From the IMG/VR virus record IMGVR_UViG_3300023047_000002: 64,000 nt of DNA; one strand, written 5' to 3'. Shown here in pieces: positions 9,899 through 19,400 of this stretch (positions are counted from its first letter, which is position 1; every line of letters begins with the position of its first letter). The position numbers and the translations under genes are program-made. Source of the stretch: a virus. Its lineage: Duplodnaviria > Caudoviricetes. Under the pieces are notes generated by a model, which saw only the letters and a list, made by a program, of their open reading frames with translations, was not told the origin of the DNA and ran no database searches.

Positions 9899-10213
9899 AT
9901 TACACTATCCAATAAGTTATGTTGTCGTACATCATGCAAGGAACTTGGATGTCATATTCTTTCATATCCGCACCAATCCAATCCCATGTTTCTCTCTCCC
10001 CTTGTGTATTGCGTGTGGGCAACAGACGTTGCCCACGAGTCCTTATCGTTTCAGCAGAATGGCATTCCCATATTGGGCTATGTTCTTTTCAGCAAAGTAG
10101 TTATCCTTGCCCCATGCATCTGTCATATGAAGTTTAATCGGTTCGGCTTTATACCCATTCACCATCAAAGCGGCGATAAGGCATGTTTTCGCCTCAACCG
10201 TAATAACCACTTC

Positions 10214-10251
10214 GTGAACTACCCACCCGCTTTAGCGGGTGGGTAGTTCAC
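10214..10251. repeat. Perfect palindrome made of two IS605-like right-end arms
   Basis: GTGAACTACCCACCCGC-TTTA-GCGGGTGGGTAGTTCAC (17-bp arms). Confidence 0.85.
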
Positions 10252-10255
10252 ACAC

Positions 10256-11260
10256 TTAAAATGTGTGTATTTCAAGGGGAGTTATCATCTCACGCAATTC
10301 TTCACCTTGAGTGATAGCATTAATGTATTTGTCCCCAAATTGCCTTAGCAGTTTTAAGCACAAATCCAAACATTTTATTACATCATTTGGAAATTCGTTT
10401 ATGTCATCTTCATAAAAAGCATTACCAATAGATTCAATGTAATTTTTGGATGTTTTCACAAGGTCAACAGAACTATTTGTAGTCTGCTCCAAGACACGTG
10501 TTAAAACTTTAGTGACACTCTTTTGAGTGTGTGAGTTCAAATCGATTTCATCAGGGAAAACGTTTGCATATTTTTGAAAGTCTGAATAGCTCATGGAGAC
10601 ACCAAGAATGTCTAAAACTGAGGTGTTCACTCTATCGAACAAGTCTTGATTCTTAAATCCATATATCACCTTTCGGTGCTTCGTTGTGTCTTCAAGACCT
10701 ATCTGCCTAAAATAATGAACACCGTCTTCGTCAAGTTCAAGTTGATCATGTTTATTTAAAATTTCTTCTGCATAAATATTTGGGATTGGATATCCGTTAT
10801 ATTTTTTCATCAAATATTCAACTTTGCCACTGACTTCTGCCCAATACCATCCTTCATAGTTTTTGATATCGTATCGGATCAGGGCTCTAGCGAACTCACC
10901 AGAACCCTTTATGTCCATATTTTTAGCGAGTGCAATGTTTTTATAACTACCATCTACAATTCGGAACACTTCTAATGCCATTATATCATTCTGGTGATTA
11001 GAAAGCTCAGACTCTTCGTAAGTGGTTGATGTGATTACCCTAAGTAATTTAGCACTTTTTAGAAACTTTTTTGGGTTGCTTGTTCCCAAATAACCACCAA
11101 TTGACGCATAAGCCTTTTCAATAATATCACGCATTTTAACGAAAAATGTTTCAACATCTGGCGGTGTAATATCATAGATTGCACAAATTTCCCATTGCAC
11201 ATGACTTATGGATTCCCCATAAGTCGAAGTGTGATGTCTGTTTTTTCTAATCAGTGCCAT
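10256..11260 (-). CDS. Hypothetical AT-rich protein with basic N-terminal tag
   Basis: GAGG RBS; MALIRKNRHHTSTYGES; WAEVSGKVE..GYPIPN..HYFRQIG motif. Confidence 0.8.
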   Translation of the reverse strand: MALIRKNRHHTSTYGESISHVQWEICAIYDITPPDVETFFVKMRDIIEKAYASIGGYLGTSNPKKFLKSAKLLRVITSTTYEESELSNHQNDIMALEVFRIVDGSYKNIALAKNMDIKGSGEFARALIRYDIKNYEGWYWAEVSGKVEYLMKKYNGYPIPNIYAEEILNKHDQLELDEDGVHYFRQIGLEDTTKHRKVIYGFKNQDLFDRVNTSVLDILGVSMSYSDFQKYANVFPDEIDLNSHTQKSVTKVLTRVLEQTTNSSVDLVKTSKNYIESIGNAFYEDDINEFPNDVIKCLDLCLKLLRQFGDKYINAITQGEELREMITPLEIHTF

Positions 11261-11340
11261 ATCGCTACCTCACTTCATTTAAGATAAAAGTCTCGATAGC
11301 AACCTTTCCAACCATTTCAATGTTGCTATCATCACACGAT

Positions 11341-11381
11341 CTTATAGCACACTATTTCTTACAGTATCTCTAACAGCACCA
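11341..11381 (-). promoter_or_regulatory. TGGTGCTG-box promoter upstream of 11260
   Basis: TGGTGCTG, 27 nt, then TG-c-TATAAG. Confidence 0.7.
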
Positions 11382-11400
11382 CGAAACAAAAAGTCTCCTA

Positions 11401-11422
11401 CTTTAGGCGGTGGGTAGTTCAC
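11401..11422 (+). repeat. IS605-like right-end remnant
   Basis: CTTTAGGCGGTGGGTAGTTCAC. Confidence 0.7.
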
Positions 11423-11453
11423 GTAATAATGATAGCTGCACTTTCTTTTGGTG

Positions 11454-11492
11454 TGGTGCTGGAAAAAGGACGTTCGACTTCTGTGATATAGT
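11454..11492 (+). promoter_or_regulatory. TGGTGCTG-box promoter upstream of 11561 (divergent from the 11381 copy)
   Basis: TGGTGCTG, 25 nt, then TG-a-TATAGT. Confidence 0.6.
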
Positions 11493-11560
11493 AGTGTGAG
11501 TATGTAGCAACTGTGGGTGGTACGGTTGCTGTCGAATGGAAGTAATCCTAATATCTGGAT

Positions 11561-11941
11561 GTGTTGATTATGCGAAAACGTGATCGTTCAAACGCTTTTG
11601 AAATGACAACTTTGAGAAAAGCACGTTCTGGCTTGCCGGTAAACATATACCTGGACGACAGTGGATCTTATCTTAATTGTGATTATGAACCTAGAATCCA
11701 ATTTCAACCAAATAAAGGAAACTGTCCGGACATTCGTTCTCTGATACCTATGACAATTTCAGACGAACCTACTATTCCGATAAAGAATTATCAGTCACGG
11801 TTAAATGGTGTTGGAAGTAATGACATCTCTTTGATTATGTCATTCGTCATTGCAAACAAAACAAATCTTCTCAGATTATGTGACCGTAATGATGAATACG
11901 ATATCTCCAATTTTTTGGATGACATGGTTAAAGTCTCGTGA
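11561..11941 (+). CDS. Hypothetical protein (EM..L....SGLP.NI pattern, possibly DUF4160-related)
   Basis: 126-aa ORF with basic N-terminal tag; its TGA stop lies in the palindrome arm. Confidence 0.7.
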   Translation: MLIMRKRDRSNAFEMTTLRKARSGLPVNIYLDDSGSYLNCDYEPRIQFQPNKGNCPDIRSLIPMTISDEPTIPIKNYQSRLNGVGSNDISLIMSFVIANKTNLLRLCDRNDEYDISNFLDDMVKVS

Positions 11942-11973
11942 ATTACCCACCGTCTTTAGCGGGTGGGATTCAA
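11938..11973 (-). repeat. IS605-like right-end palindrome
   Basis: GTGAATTACCCACCGTCTTTAGCGGGTGGGATTC. Confidence 0.7.
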
Positions 11974-11998
11974 AACAGAGTATCTGGTGAGGTGTTGC

Positions 11999-12982
11999 AT
12001 GTTTCGTTCATTTGAATCAGTTAAAATTGATGATCCTGTACTTGAACTTGAATGGGAAGACCTGTCATTGATTGGCGGAGCTACTGGTCTTGCCCTAAGT
12101 CTTAAAAACAGTCTTTCGAAGTTCCTAAGAAATTATGGAGAACACGACATTCTTGAAGACTTATATCATGCAGTGGCGCTTGGTCTTAGTAATCTCCAAG
12201 AAATCGGTATGTTTGACGGTTTTTTGTCAAATCCTAATATTGAGTTTCGTGGAAAGACTAATATTTCCATACAGAATAAACTTGATAGACATCACATACA
12301 TTCAGCAGGTCGTCCTCTTGAAAAGGTCTTTAACGACTTGATTGGTATTAGAATTATCGTAGAAGATTATTCAGTATGGGAATCTGTAAAACATAAGTTT
12401 GATTCATCGGTGTGTACTGTCGTTGACATGAGATGCGGAAAGTTCCCTGATGATGGTTACAGAGCTGTTCACGTTTACTTCCAAGCTGATCACTTGCATT
12501 ATCCTGTTGAACTTCAATTCGTGTCTGAGCATGACAGTCAGTTCAACGCATGGCAACACGACCATGCATATAAGTCATCATGGTTTGCTCCTTCTGTAGG
12601 AAAGAAATTGCGTGAGTTATACGATGACTGGAAAATTCAGACAGAGGATGAGTATGTGTCAGAGCTCACTAAACTGTCATCAATGGTTACGTACTCAGAA
12701 AAAAGGACGTGGGAAGGTACGAAACTTGTTGCGTGCAGATTCGGTATAAAGGGGTGTATAGGGTACATGCCTGAAACGATTCACGAGTTAATGTACCTTT
12801 ATCGTGAACTTTGTCCCTATTGTAGAAGACAGATTCCAACAGTCGATGTAACTGTCGTTAAGGGAGAGAGTTATGCTGAGTTTAGTCCATGTACGATCTA
12901 CGCTACCTATACTGATTTTTATGCGGCGATATTCCATGATTTGTTAAGAAAACCTGAACGGCACTCACGGTGTACACCATGA
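11999..12982 (+). CDS. RelA/SpoT-domain small alarmone synthetase
   Basis: ATG 11999 with GAGGTG RBS; synthetase motifs RGK..S..K, NDLIGIRII, GYRAVH, PVELQ. Confidence 0.8.
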   Translation: MFRSFESVKIDDPVLELEWEDLSLIGGATGLALSLKNSLSKFLRNYGEHDILEDLYHAVALGLSNLQEIGMFDGFLSNPNIEFRGKTNISIQNKLDRHHIHSAGRPLEKVFNDLIGIRIIVEDYSVWESVKHKFDSSVCTVVDMRCGKFPDDGYRAVHVYFQADHLHYPVELQFVSEHDSQFNAWQHDHAYKSSWFAPSVGKKLRELYDDWKIQTEDEYVSELTKLSSMVTYSEKRTWEGTKLVACRFGIKGCIGYMPETIHELMYLYRELCPYCRRQIPTVDVTVVKGESYAEFSPCTIYATYTDFYAAIFHDLLRKPERHSRCTP

Positions 12983-13082
12983 ACTACCCACCCGCTAAAG
13001 GCGGTTGGTATGAATTAGGATATTAAGGTGACATGGAGACATTAAAGACATCGTTACCACCGCCTAAAGGCGGTGGTAACGA
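12980..13082. repeat. Two IS605-like palindromes
   Basis: TGAACTACCCACCCGCTAAAGGCGGTTGGT (12980-13009) and TCGTTACCACCGCC-TAAA-GGCGGTGGTAACGA (13051-13082). Confidence 0.75.
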
Positions 13083-13233
13083 GTGCCTTCGAGACACAAT
13101 GATTAACATCATTCATCCACCAATTTATCGTTATTCACTCTTCTTCAATCTTCTTCAATCTTATTCTACTTGATGATGTGCCACGAGTCTGCAATTCTGT
13201 ACTCAGTTCTTTGTACTGTTCCGAAATGAGTAT

Positions 13234-13338
13234 TTACTTTGTGGATTCTCTTCGGTTCGCTAGCTTTAGTAGAGCAAAGAGGATCAAACATACCGTAACG
13301 GCTATCATGGATTCTATAATAGATTCTATCGTCCACAT
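13234..13338 (-). CDS. 34-aa single-TM peptide (not in the ORF track)
   Basis: AGGAGAG RBS; MWTIESIIESMIAVTVCLILFALLKLANRRESTK. Confidence 0.5.
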   Translation of the reverse strand: MWTIESIIESMIAVTVCLILFALLKLANRRESTK

Positions 13339-13431
13339 GTCTCTCCTACATTAGGCAATTAACAAATTTTAAATCTAAACACAATTTGAAACGACCCGTG
13401 ATAGAATCCACTACTCAAGCACGAATAAGAG

Positions 13432-13872
13432 TTACATGTTCTGTTTTTGTTCGGTTGCAATGGAAACTCCACCCAACGTGTTAGCCCAATTCTCAGGGAA
13501 ATGACAGTAATACCAGAGGATACTGTAATTCCCTTTCCGTCTTCTCCAATAGAGAATAACTGATGGAATAGCTACCACAAATAAGTAAAGAGGACCCAAA
13601 AACAAAGACTGAACACTGTGACCTGACTCATGCCTTAATATGTCTTCCTTAGAATCCTTGTGCGTGAAAATAAAAGGTCCCAATGACCAACACGTGTGCC
13701 AAGGATGTTTAACCCTCCACACGGTCATACCTGTATGTTCATTTTTCCAAGGTTCGATATCATGGAGTACTATTAAAACGAGCAAGGCAGCAATCACTTG
13801 TGGTAACTGCCATAAAAACAAAAGCCATACAACAGGGGAACTCAAGTTCGCATAATTGAAATCTGCTTTCAT
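13432..13872 (-). CDS. Membrane protein with HEXXH motif
   Basis: WQLPQ..SLG..LRHESGHSVQS..LGPLY..E.WA; hydrophobic helices. Confidence 0.75.
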   Translation of the reverse strand: MKADFNYANLSSPVVWLLFLWQLPQVIAALLVLIVLHDIEPWKNEHTGMTVWRVKHPWHTCWSLGPFIFTHKDSKEDILRHESGHSVQSLFLGPLYLFVVAIPSVILYWRRRKGNYSILWYYCHFPENWANTLGGVSIATEQKQNM

Positions 13873-13921
13873 AATGAAAAATCCTATTATGCCCCTGTAA
13901 GTACAACTGTTTGATAATGAT

Positions 13922-13964
13922 GCGAGCCGCAAACCCACAGGCTAAATCCGCGTTGGTAGTTCAC
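13922..13964 (+). repeat. Degenerate IS605-like left-end/right-end hybrid palindrome
   Basis: GCGAGCCGCAAACCCACAGGCTAAATCCGCGTTGGTAGTTCAC. Confidence 0.6.
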
Positions 13965-14028
13965 CGCATAGAAAAAGAGCTCACAGAATACTTTCCATGA
14001 GCTCTATCAGATGTATCAACAAACTAAC

Positions 14029-14366
14029 GTCAACTACCCACCGCCTTTAGGCGGTGGGCTTGTAACTGACCCGTAGCTCTTGGTCGAGTGTTTGACACTC
14101 TACTACGTTTTTTACCAACTTTCTTTTCAGAAGATTGGCTGTCGTTACATCGTGGGGTGATTGACTGCACCCCGTAGGCTTGAATCATGTTCAAGACCCA
14201 CTTAAACTTGAATCTTGGTGTTTAAGTTCAGAGAGTGCCTTCAGTCCAAGTACCAAACGGTTTTCTCTCAAAACCTTAAATACAAAATATCACTTAACAA
14301 AGCAAGCAAGATTTTTAGTTGGCTCGCTTACCCACGGGCTTTAGCCCGTGGGCTTCCGCTCGCCTT
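14029..14366 (-). mobile_element. Non-autonomous IS200/IS605 element (PATE-like), 338 bp, no ORF
   Basis: Target CCAT, then left-end hairpin GGAAG-CCCACGGGCT/AGCCCGTGGG; right end CAAG-CCCACCGCC-TAAA-GGCGGTGGG-TAGT-TGAC. Confidence 0.8.
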
Positions 14367-14374
14367 ATGGTGAA

Positions 14375-16339
14375 CTAATCTCTGATAAGTTCGACCGTAA
14401 GGTTCTCAGGCACAAAGTTGCTCGGTGTAACGACCGAACCGTCCTTGACATCCAAACGATAATTCATAGCAGAGATAATGCCTTCAAACTCATTCGGGAG
14501 CGAAGCACATCCAAACCCTTCATGGAACACCTTATCTCCCCAAGGTGACACTGTAACTGACTCGTCATTCTCAGGATTTTTGTACGTGAGTTGTACACGT
14601 GCATTGACATCCTCATCGAAGTTCAGAACTATCCACGGATGATGGGTGCCACTTGCATAGATAGCACCAAGGATATTGTGTTCTGCATTCACAAGAATTT
14701 TCTCATGAATCTGGACTTTGACATTTGCAGACTTCGTGAGATCTTTATCTGCAAACAACTCATACATGGTATCTCCTGCAGCTGCATCGCCTTGGACATA
14801 GAAGGTACGACCAATCCACTCAGCAACACTGTTTTCGATGACACGAACTTTAATGAACGTGTCTGTGCCATTACCGTCTTCCCAAACCTTGGCGGCTTTA
14901 CCATCGGCAAGTTTATTTCCATCCATGTCATAAGACGTAAAGGTGCAGCCAATATTGTTCCAGTTACCGGGTGCATTATTGACGGTATCCCATATATCCT
15001 CATCAGGATATTTCTCATAATATTTCTTCAAGCCACCATGTTCAAGAGATTCGTTGAATGCGGCAGCCTGTTCTTCTGCAGTTCCAAGTCCAATACACTC
15101 TGCACGTTTGTCGCCACCAAGCCAGTCAATAACTTCATGCGAGGAAAGAATGTCGCTTGCCTTTACGAAGTAAGCACCCTCAATGAAGTCCTCATTGTCC
15201 GCAGGACGTTCAGGAACGATGATAATATTTCCGTCTCTATCTTCATTGTACGACAGACACTCATAATAAACATCATCGCCATTACTGAATGCTTTGAGAC
15301 GAATAGCGAGGTCACCGATTTCACCATCTTCATTGAGGTCAGAACCACCCATAACAAGACCACGAGGTTTATCCGATTCATCCGCTTCAAAGTCAGCAAT
15401 AGGCATCGCAAGGTCGCTTTCAGGAACAACCAGAGTTGCGATTTGAACTTCAGGAGTTCCAATCTTGTTATATCCTGCAAGAGTCGGATCGCCATTGGCA
15501 TCAACAGGATACTGACAAATGTATTTCTTAATACCACTTTCCGTAAAAGAGCTGCGAAGATTTACAGGCAGAATGCTCTTTTCGCCAGTGTCTTCATCTG
15601 TAAGAATTGCCAGGGCAAGACCGATACGGACGATTTCAGTTGCATCGTCAAAGAGTCTTCCTTCGATATTGTATTCTACACCATCGACCATAACGGTACA
15701 GAACAACGGTGAGTCACCGAGTAACTCATGGTTCTTTTTCTCTTTTGCAACCGCACATCGAGTGCCTTCAATCAATGTATGGGTTTCACCGATTTTGGAA
15801 TCCAATGTTGGATGAAGAACCAAAACATGACCACTCTTGACAACGTACTGAGTACGCGGGTCATGCACAATGTCCTGACTCTCGACCACTTCTTCTGACG
15901 GAACAGGAAGCAAACTGCTTGTCCATACCCATTTCGATACAGGAGAGCGTTCCAGGAAATTACGTCCATGTGCATCGCCATCAAGTTTCTTCACCTGTGT
16001 GGTATCAAGTCGAACACGATAATAAACCTTTCCGTTTTTATCCGTGTAGCTGAACTTTGACATCACATCTATTTTGTGACCAAGACTTACGGTATCATCG
16101 CCAAAAGTCTCTTTCAGATACGGCAGAATCATTACCTCTGCATTACCCGGACAAACACGACCAACATGAAGGTACTTTGTTTCCGTACCCTCCCCACTTG
16201 CCAGTTCAAAGTCCTTAACATCCTCAGCAAATGATTCCGATATTGGTGCGACATTAGACGTTCCAAGACGTACTTCATGTTCAAAACTCCGAACAAAAAG
16301 AATTTTTTTCAATGCTTTCATACTTATACCGATGCTCAT
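14375..16339 (-). CDS. Acidic hypothetical protein, probably structural
   Basis: 654-aa ORF downstream of the tape measure gene; GGAG RBS. Confidence 0.7.
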   Translation of the reverse strand: MSIGISMKALKKILFVRSFEHEVRLGTSNVAPISESFAEDVKDFELASGEGTETKYLHVGRVCPGNAEVMILPYLKETFGDDTVSLGHKIDVMSKFSYTDKNGKVYYRVRLDTTQVKKLDGDAHGRNFLERSPVSKWVWTSSLLPVPSEEVVESQDIVHDPRTQYVVKSGHVLVLHPTLDSKIGETHTLIEGTRCAVAKEKKNHELLGDSPLFCTVMVDGVEYNIEGRLFDDATEIVRIGLALAILTDEDTGEKSILPVNLRSSFTESGIKKYICQYPVDANGDPTLAGYNKIGTPEVQIATLVVPESDLAMPIADFEADESDKPRGLVMGGSDLNEDGEIGDLAIRLKAFSNGDDVYYECLSYNEDRDGNIIIVPERPADNEDFIEGAYFVKASDILSSHEVIDWLGGDKRAECIGLGTAEEQAAAFNESLEHGGLKKYYEKYPDEDIWDTVNNAPGNWNNIGCTFTSYDMDGNKLADGKAAKVWEDGNGTDTFIKVRVIENSVAEWIGRTFYVQGDAAAGDTMYELFADKDLTKSANVKVQIHEKILVNAEHNILGAIYASGTHHPWIVLNFDEDVNARVQLTYKNPENDESVTVSPWGDKVFHEGFGCASLPNEFEGIISAMNYRLDVKDGSVVTPSNFVPENLTVELIRD

Positions 16340-16410
16340 CGTTCGTCTCCTACAAAGCCCCTTTAACAAACCACAAAAATTTTAACGTTACACGTTAGAT
16401 GTTGACAACA

Positions 16411-19400
16411 CTAAACTCCAAAACCGACAGCAGGACGGAAAGGCATAGCTGCATTTCGAAGTTCGTTTGTCCGACTGGTTCTATTCTGTTCCTTAACTTC
16501 ACGAGTCAATTCTCTTACCTCACGAGATAGTTCCTGCATGGATTCAGTAACCGCAATAGAATCAGCCTCATTCTTGCTAATAATTGATTGTTCCCTAAGG
16601 TAATTCAACTGCTGCATTGCAGTCAATTCCTTTAACGTTGCGTAATTATGTTCTATGGATTTGATGTAATCCTCGAATCCATCTTCAAGAGAACCGAACG
16701 CTGTAGGCATTCCGTCTCTTACACGGAATGTTCGTAACGGATTTATAGTTTCAATATCACCATCCTGCGTAACATCTACAAAGTTTTTACCAAGCAATTT
16801 TCTCATCACTGGATTCGTAAACAATGAACCTGCTTTGCTACTTAAAATGCCACGGACAAGAGCATCCTTTAAGATACCATTTCGACTTTGATGCCTGTAC
16901 TTGTTTTCCAAGAGGCCGAACGAAGAGATCATATTGAGCAAACTCAACGATTTTAAACTACTTTCGTCACTTCCACCAGAAGACATTACAGAAGACTTAA
17001 CAAGAGGAATCTGTGAAGTTGAAATTTCATCTCCTATGGGGTCTGTTTCACTTGCAACGCCGCTCGGAACAAAGTCCAACGCTTTTGAATAGTTTCCAAA
17101 GAGCGATTTAAAATACCCTGCGTATTTAAAATTCTTTTTCGGAATTTTGTTGTTCACAACGCCTGTGTTCTTAGTTCTCGTTGCTAGAAATACCTCTGGG
17201 TTATCATATTTCCCAGCACTGCCAGAGGCATTCCAGTATTTTCCATCCCCTGATGCAATTCCGACATGACCTGGTTTTTCTTTAACACCTGTGAATACAA
17301 TCATGCCAGGTTTAATGTCATCAAATCCTACACTTACCCAATCATCATCTTCAAGCAACCCTTTCACGTGTCTTGCAGCCCGAGTTACGTTTCCTTTTTT
17401 GTCACGCTTTTCTTTCAAATCATACCCGAATACGATTGAAGATACACCGTAAGAGAATCGGTTATACAAATCGTTTCTGCCGATTGATTTAAAAGCATTT
17501 GACACGAGCTGGTTACAAACAAATCCGTCCCATACATGTCCGTCACGAGGGTCTTTTTTTCCATGTAATTCATATTTCTTACCCTCATTCGAGGAAGCGA
17601 ACCTAAGCATACGTTCAATAACAGACTTTGCACCGTCAGAAAGTTCTTCATTAGTTTCACCTGTCGAAACTTTTCGTTCACTGGAAGCAAGACTATCTGC
17701 CATCGCCTTGAATGACTCACGAACATCTTGGGACACATCTGCACGTTTTGACATCGCACCAGCAAGGTATTTAACACGTTCAGGATTGTTCGCAGGTAAA
17801 ATGACCTCCACATTTCCGCCCTCTCCGACATGTGTTACTGTGTCCTTGTCAATAATGTTTCCGTTTGAATTGTAAAACACCTGACCTGCATTGGCTGCCG
17901 AAATAACATCAGCACGTGTTGAAGCTGTATTCTTATCAGACAACGTTCCTGCAATAGCCTCACCACCGGCTTTACCTGCGAAGGCTCCGCCTGTTATTCC
18001 TGCACCTATGGCCAGAGGGTTTCCGCCAGATGCAAGTCCTGCAGCAACACCACCACTAACTGCTCCTACGGCTGTTCCAACAGTTCCGTACTTAGCTACG
18101 TTCTCCTTATATCGTGCTTCAATAAGCTCACCTGCAATCTTCTGCTGTTGATTAGCAAGAGATGTTGCACGATTACCATACACTCTTTGTGACGAATCAT
18201 CTCCCTCGACTTGAGCCATCGAAGATCGTTGACGATTATCTTTAAGTTCCTTTGTAACGCGGTCGAGCTCTTCTTGTTTTTCTCTTCTGTCTTCTTCCTT
18301 ACAGACCGTCTTTTTTATTCCTTTAACCAACTCCACAACAGTCGTCACCAAACCAACGATAATAGCTAGAGGGCCTGCTACTTTTAACAGACCGCTACCT
18401 AGTTTAGTCACGCCGCCCTTTAAAAGATTACCTAACTTTCCTCCGGTTCCTTTCAGAAGATTGCCAATCTTTGTGTTACTTAAAAGGTTACTGACGGACT
18501 GTGCGGTCAGTAGGAAGATTACTGCATTGAAACCTTTGGTAATTATTTCTGCTGTAGAACCCTTACCATTAAATACCCACATAGAGCCGACAGCTCCTGT
18601 AAACTTCGACCCTATCCATGTCTCAACATTATCTTTCCACTGTTCCAACATAGGAGTTTCAAAACCTTTTTTGGCTTGTTCCGTGTCGGTAACCATGACA
18701 CCTTCTTTTCCATTGATGATCCTATCTAGCTTCATCACGTTGTCCATTGCTTTCTGGTCACCCGTGATTCCTGCTTGCTGCATGTCATGCTGAATACGTG
18801 CATCAAACGCACGTTTAACGTCTGTATTCCCATTTGCTATATCGTTACGTATTGCACGCACCATTTCCGCCATGGACATATTTTCATTGACAGACGCACC
18901 TGCATGAGAACCTATGTTGTACAGGTCTTTAAACAGCTCATCTTTTCCACGCATGTCGATACCCTGAATGTCTTTTCGGATATCATCCATTGCTGCCTTT
19001 TGTGATTCTTGCTGCGAAATACCCAAAGCCATATTCTGCTGGACTGCTTCTCCATATTCTTTCATTAGCTTTGAGGTTTCTGCATTATTCATCCCCTGCT
19101 GGCGTGACAGGGAAACCAGATACTTGAAGTCCTCATTCATCTTGGAAACATCAACACGATACGTGTTATCGCCTGAGGACATCTTCATAAACTGGTCCAT
19201 TATCTGCTTCTGTGACTCACTGTCCATGTCCATGGCATCAAGAGTCATCAAGGTGTTTTGGTCAACTTTCATACCGAACTTGTTCAAACCGACGACCATA
19301 TCCCGAGTCGTCGAATTCAAGTGTTCAGCATTGACGCCATTGTTCAACACCTGCTCTTTAATTGCCTTTACAGACTCCTCCATAGAAATGTGAACATCAA

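Noticed and set aside
9900-10213. Short ORFs or a pseudogene next to the 10214 palindrome
   Set aside because: Minus-strand frames are interrupted by stops and plus-strand ORFs lack an RBS or recognisable motifs, so no call can be supported
13139-13170. TCTTCTTCAA short tandem repeat
   Set aside because: Two to three low-complexity units with no supporting context
10214-14366. Palindromes as CRISPR repeats or integron attC sites
   Set aside because: They are separated by whole genes, vary in orientation and lack RYYYAAC/GTTRRRY boxes; they match IS200/IS605 ends instead
14591-15712. 373-aa plus-strand ORF and similar antisense ORFs (e.g. 43125..43655)
   Set aside because: Shadow frames opposite well-supported minus-strand genes, with no RBS and atypical composition
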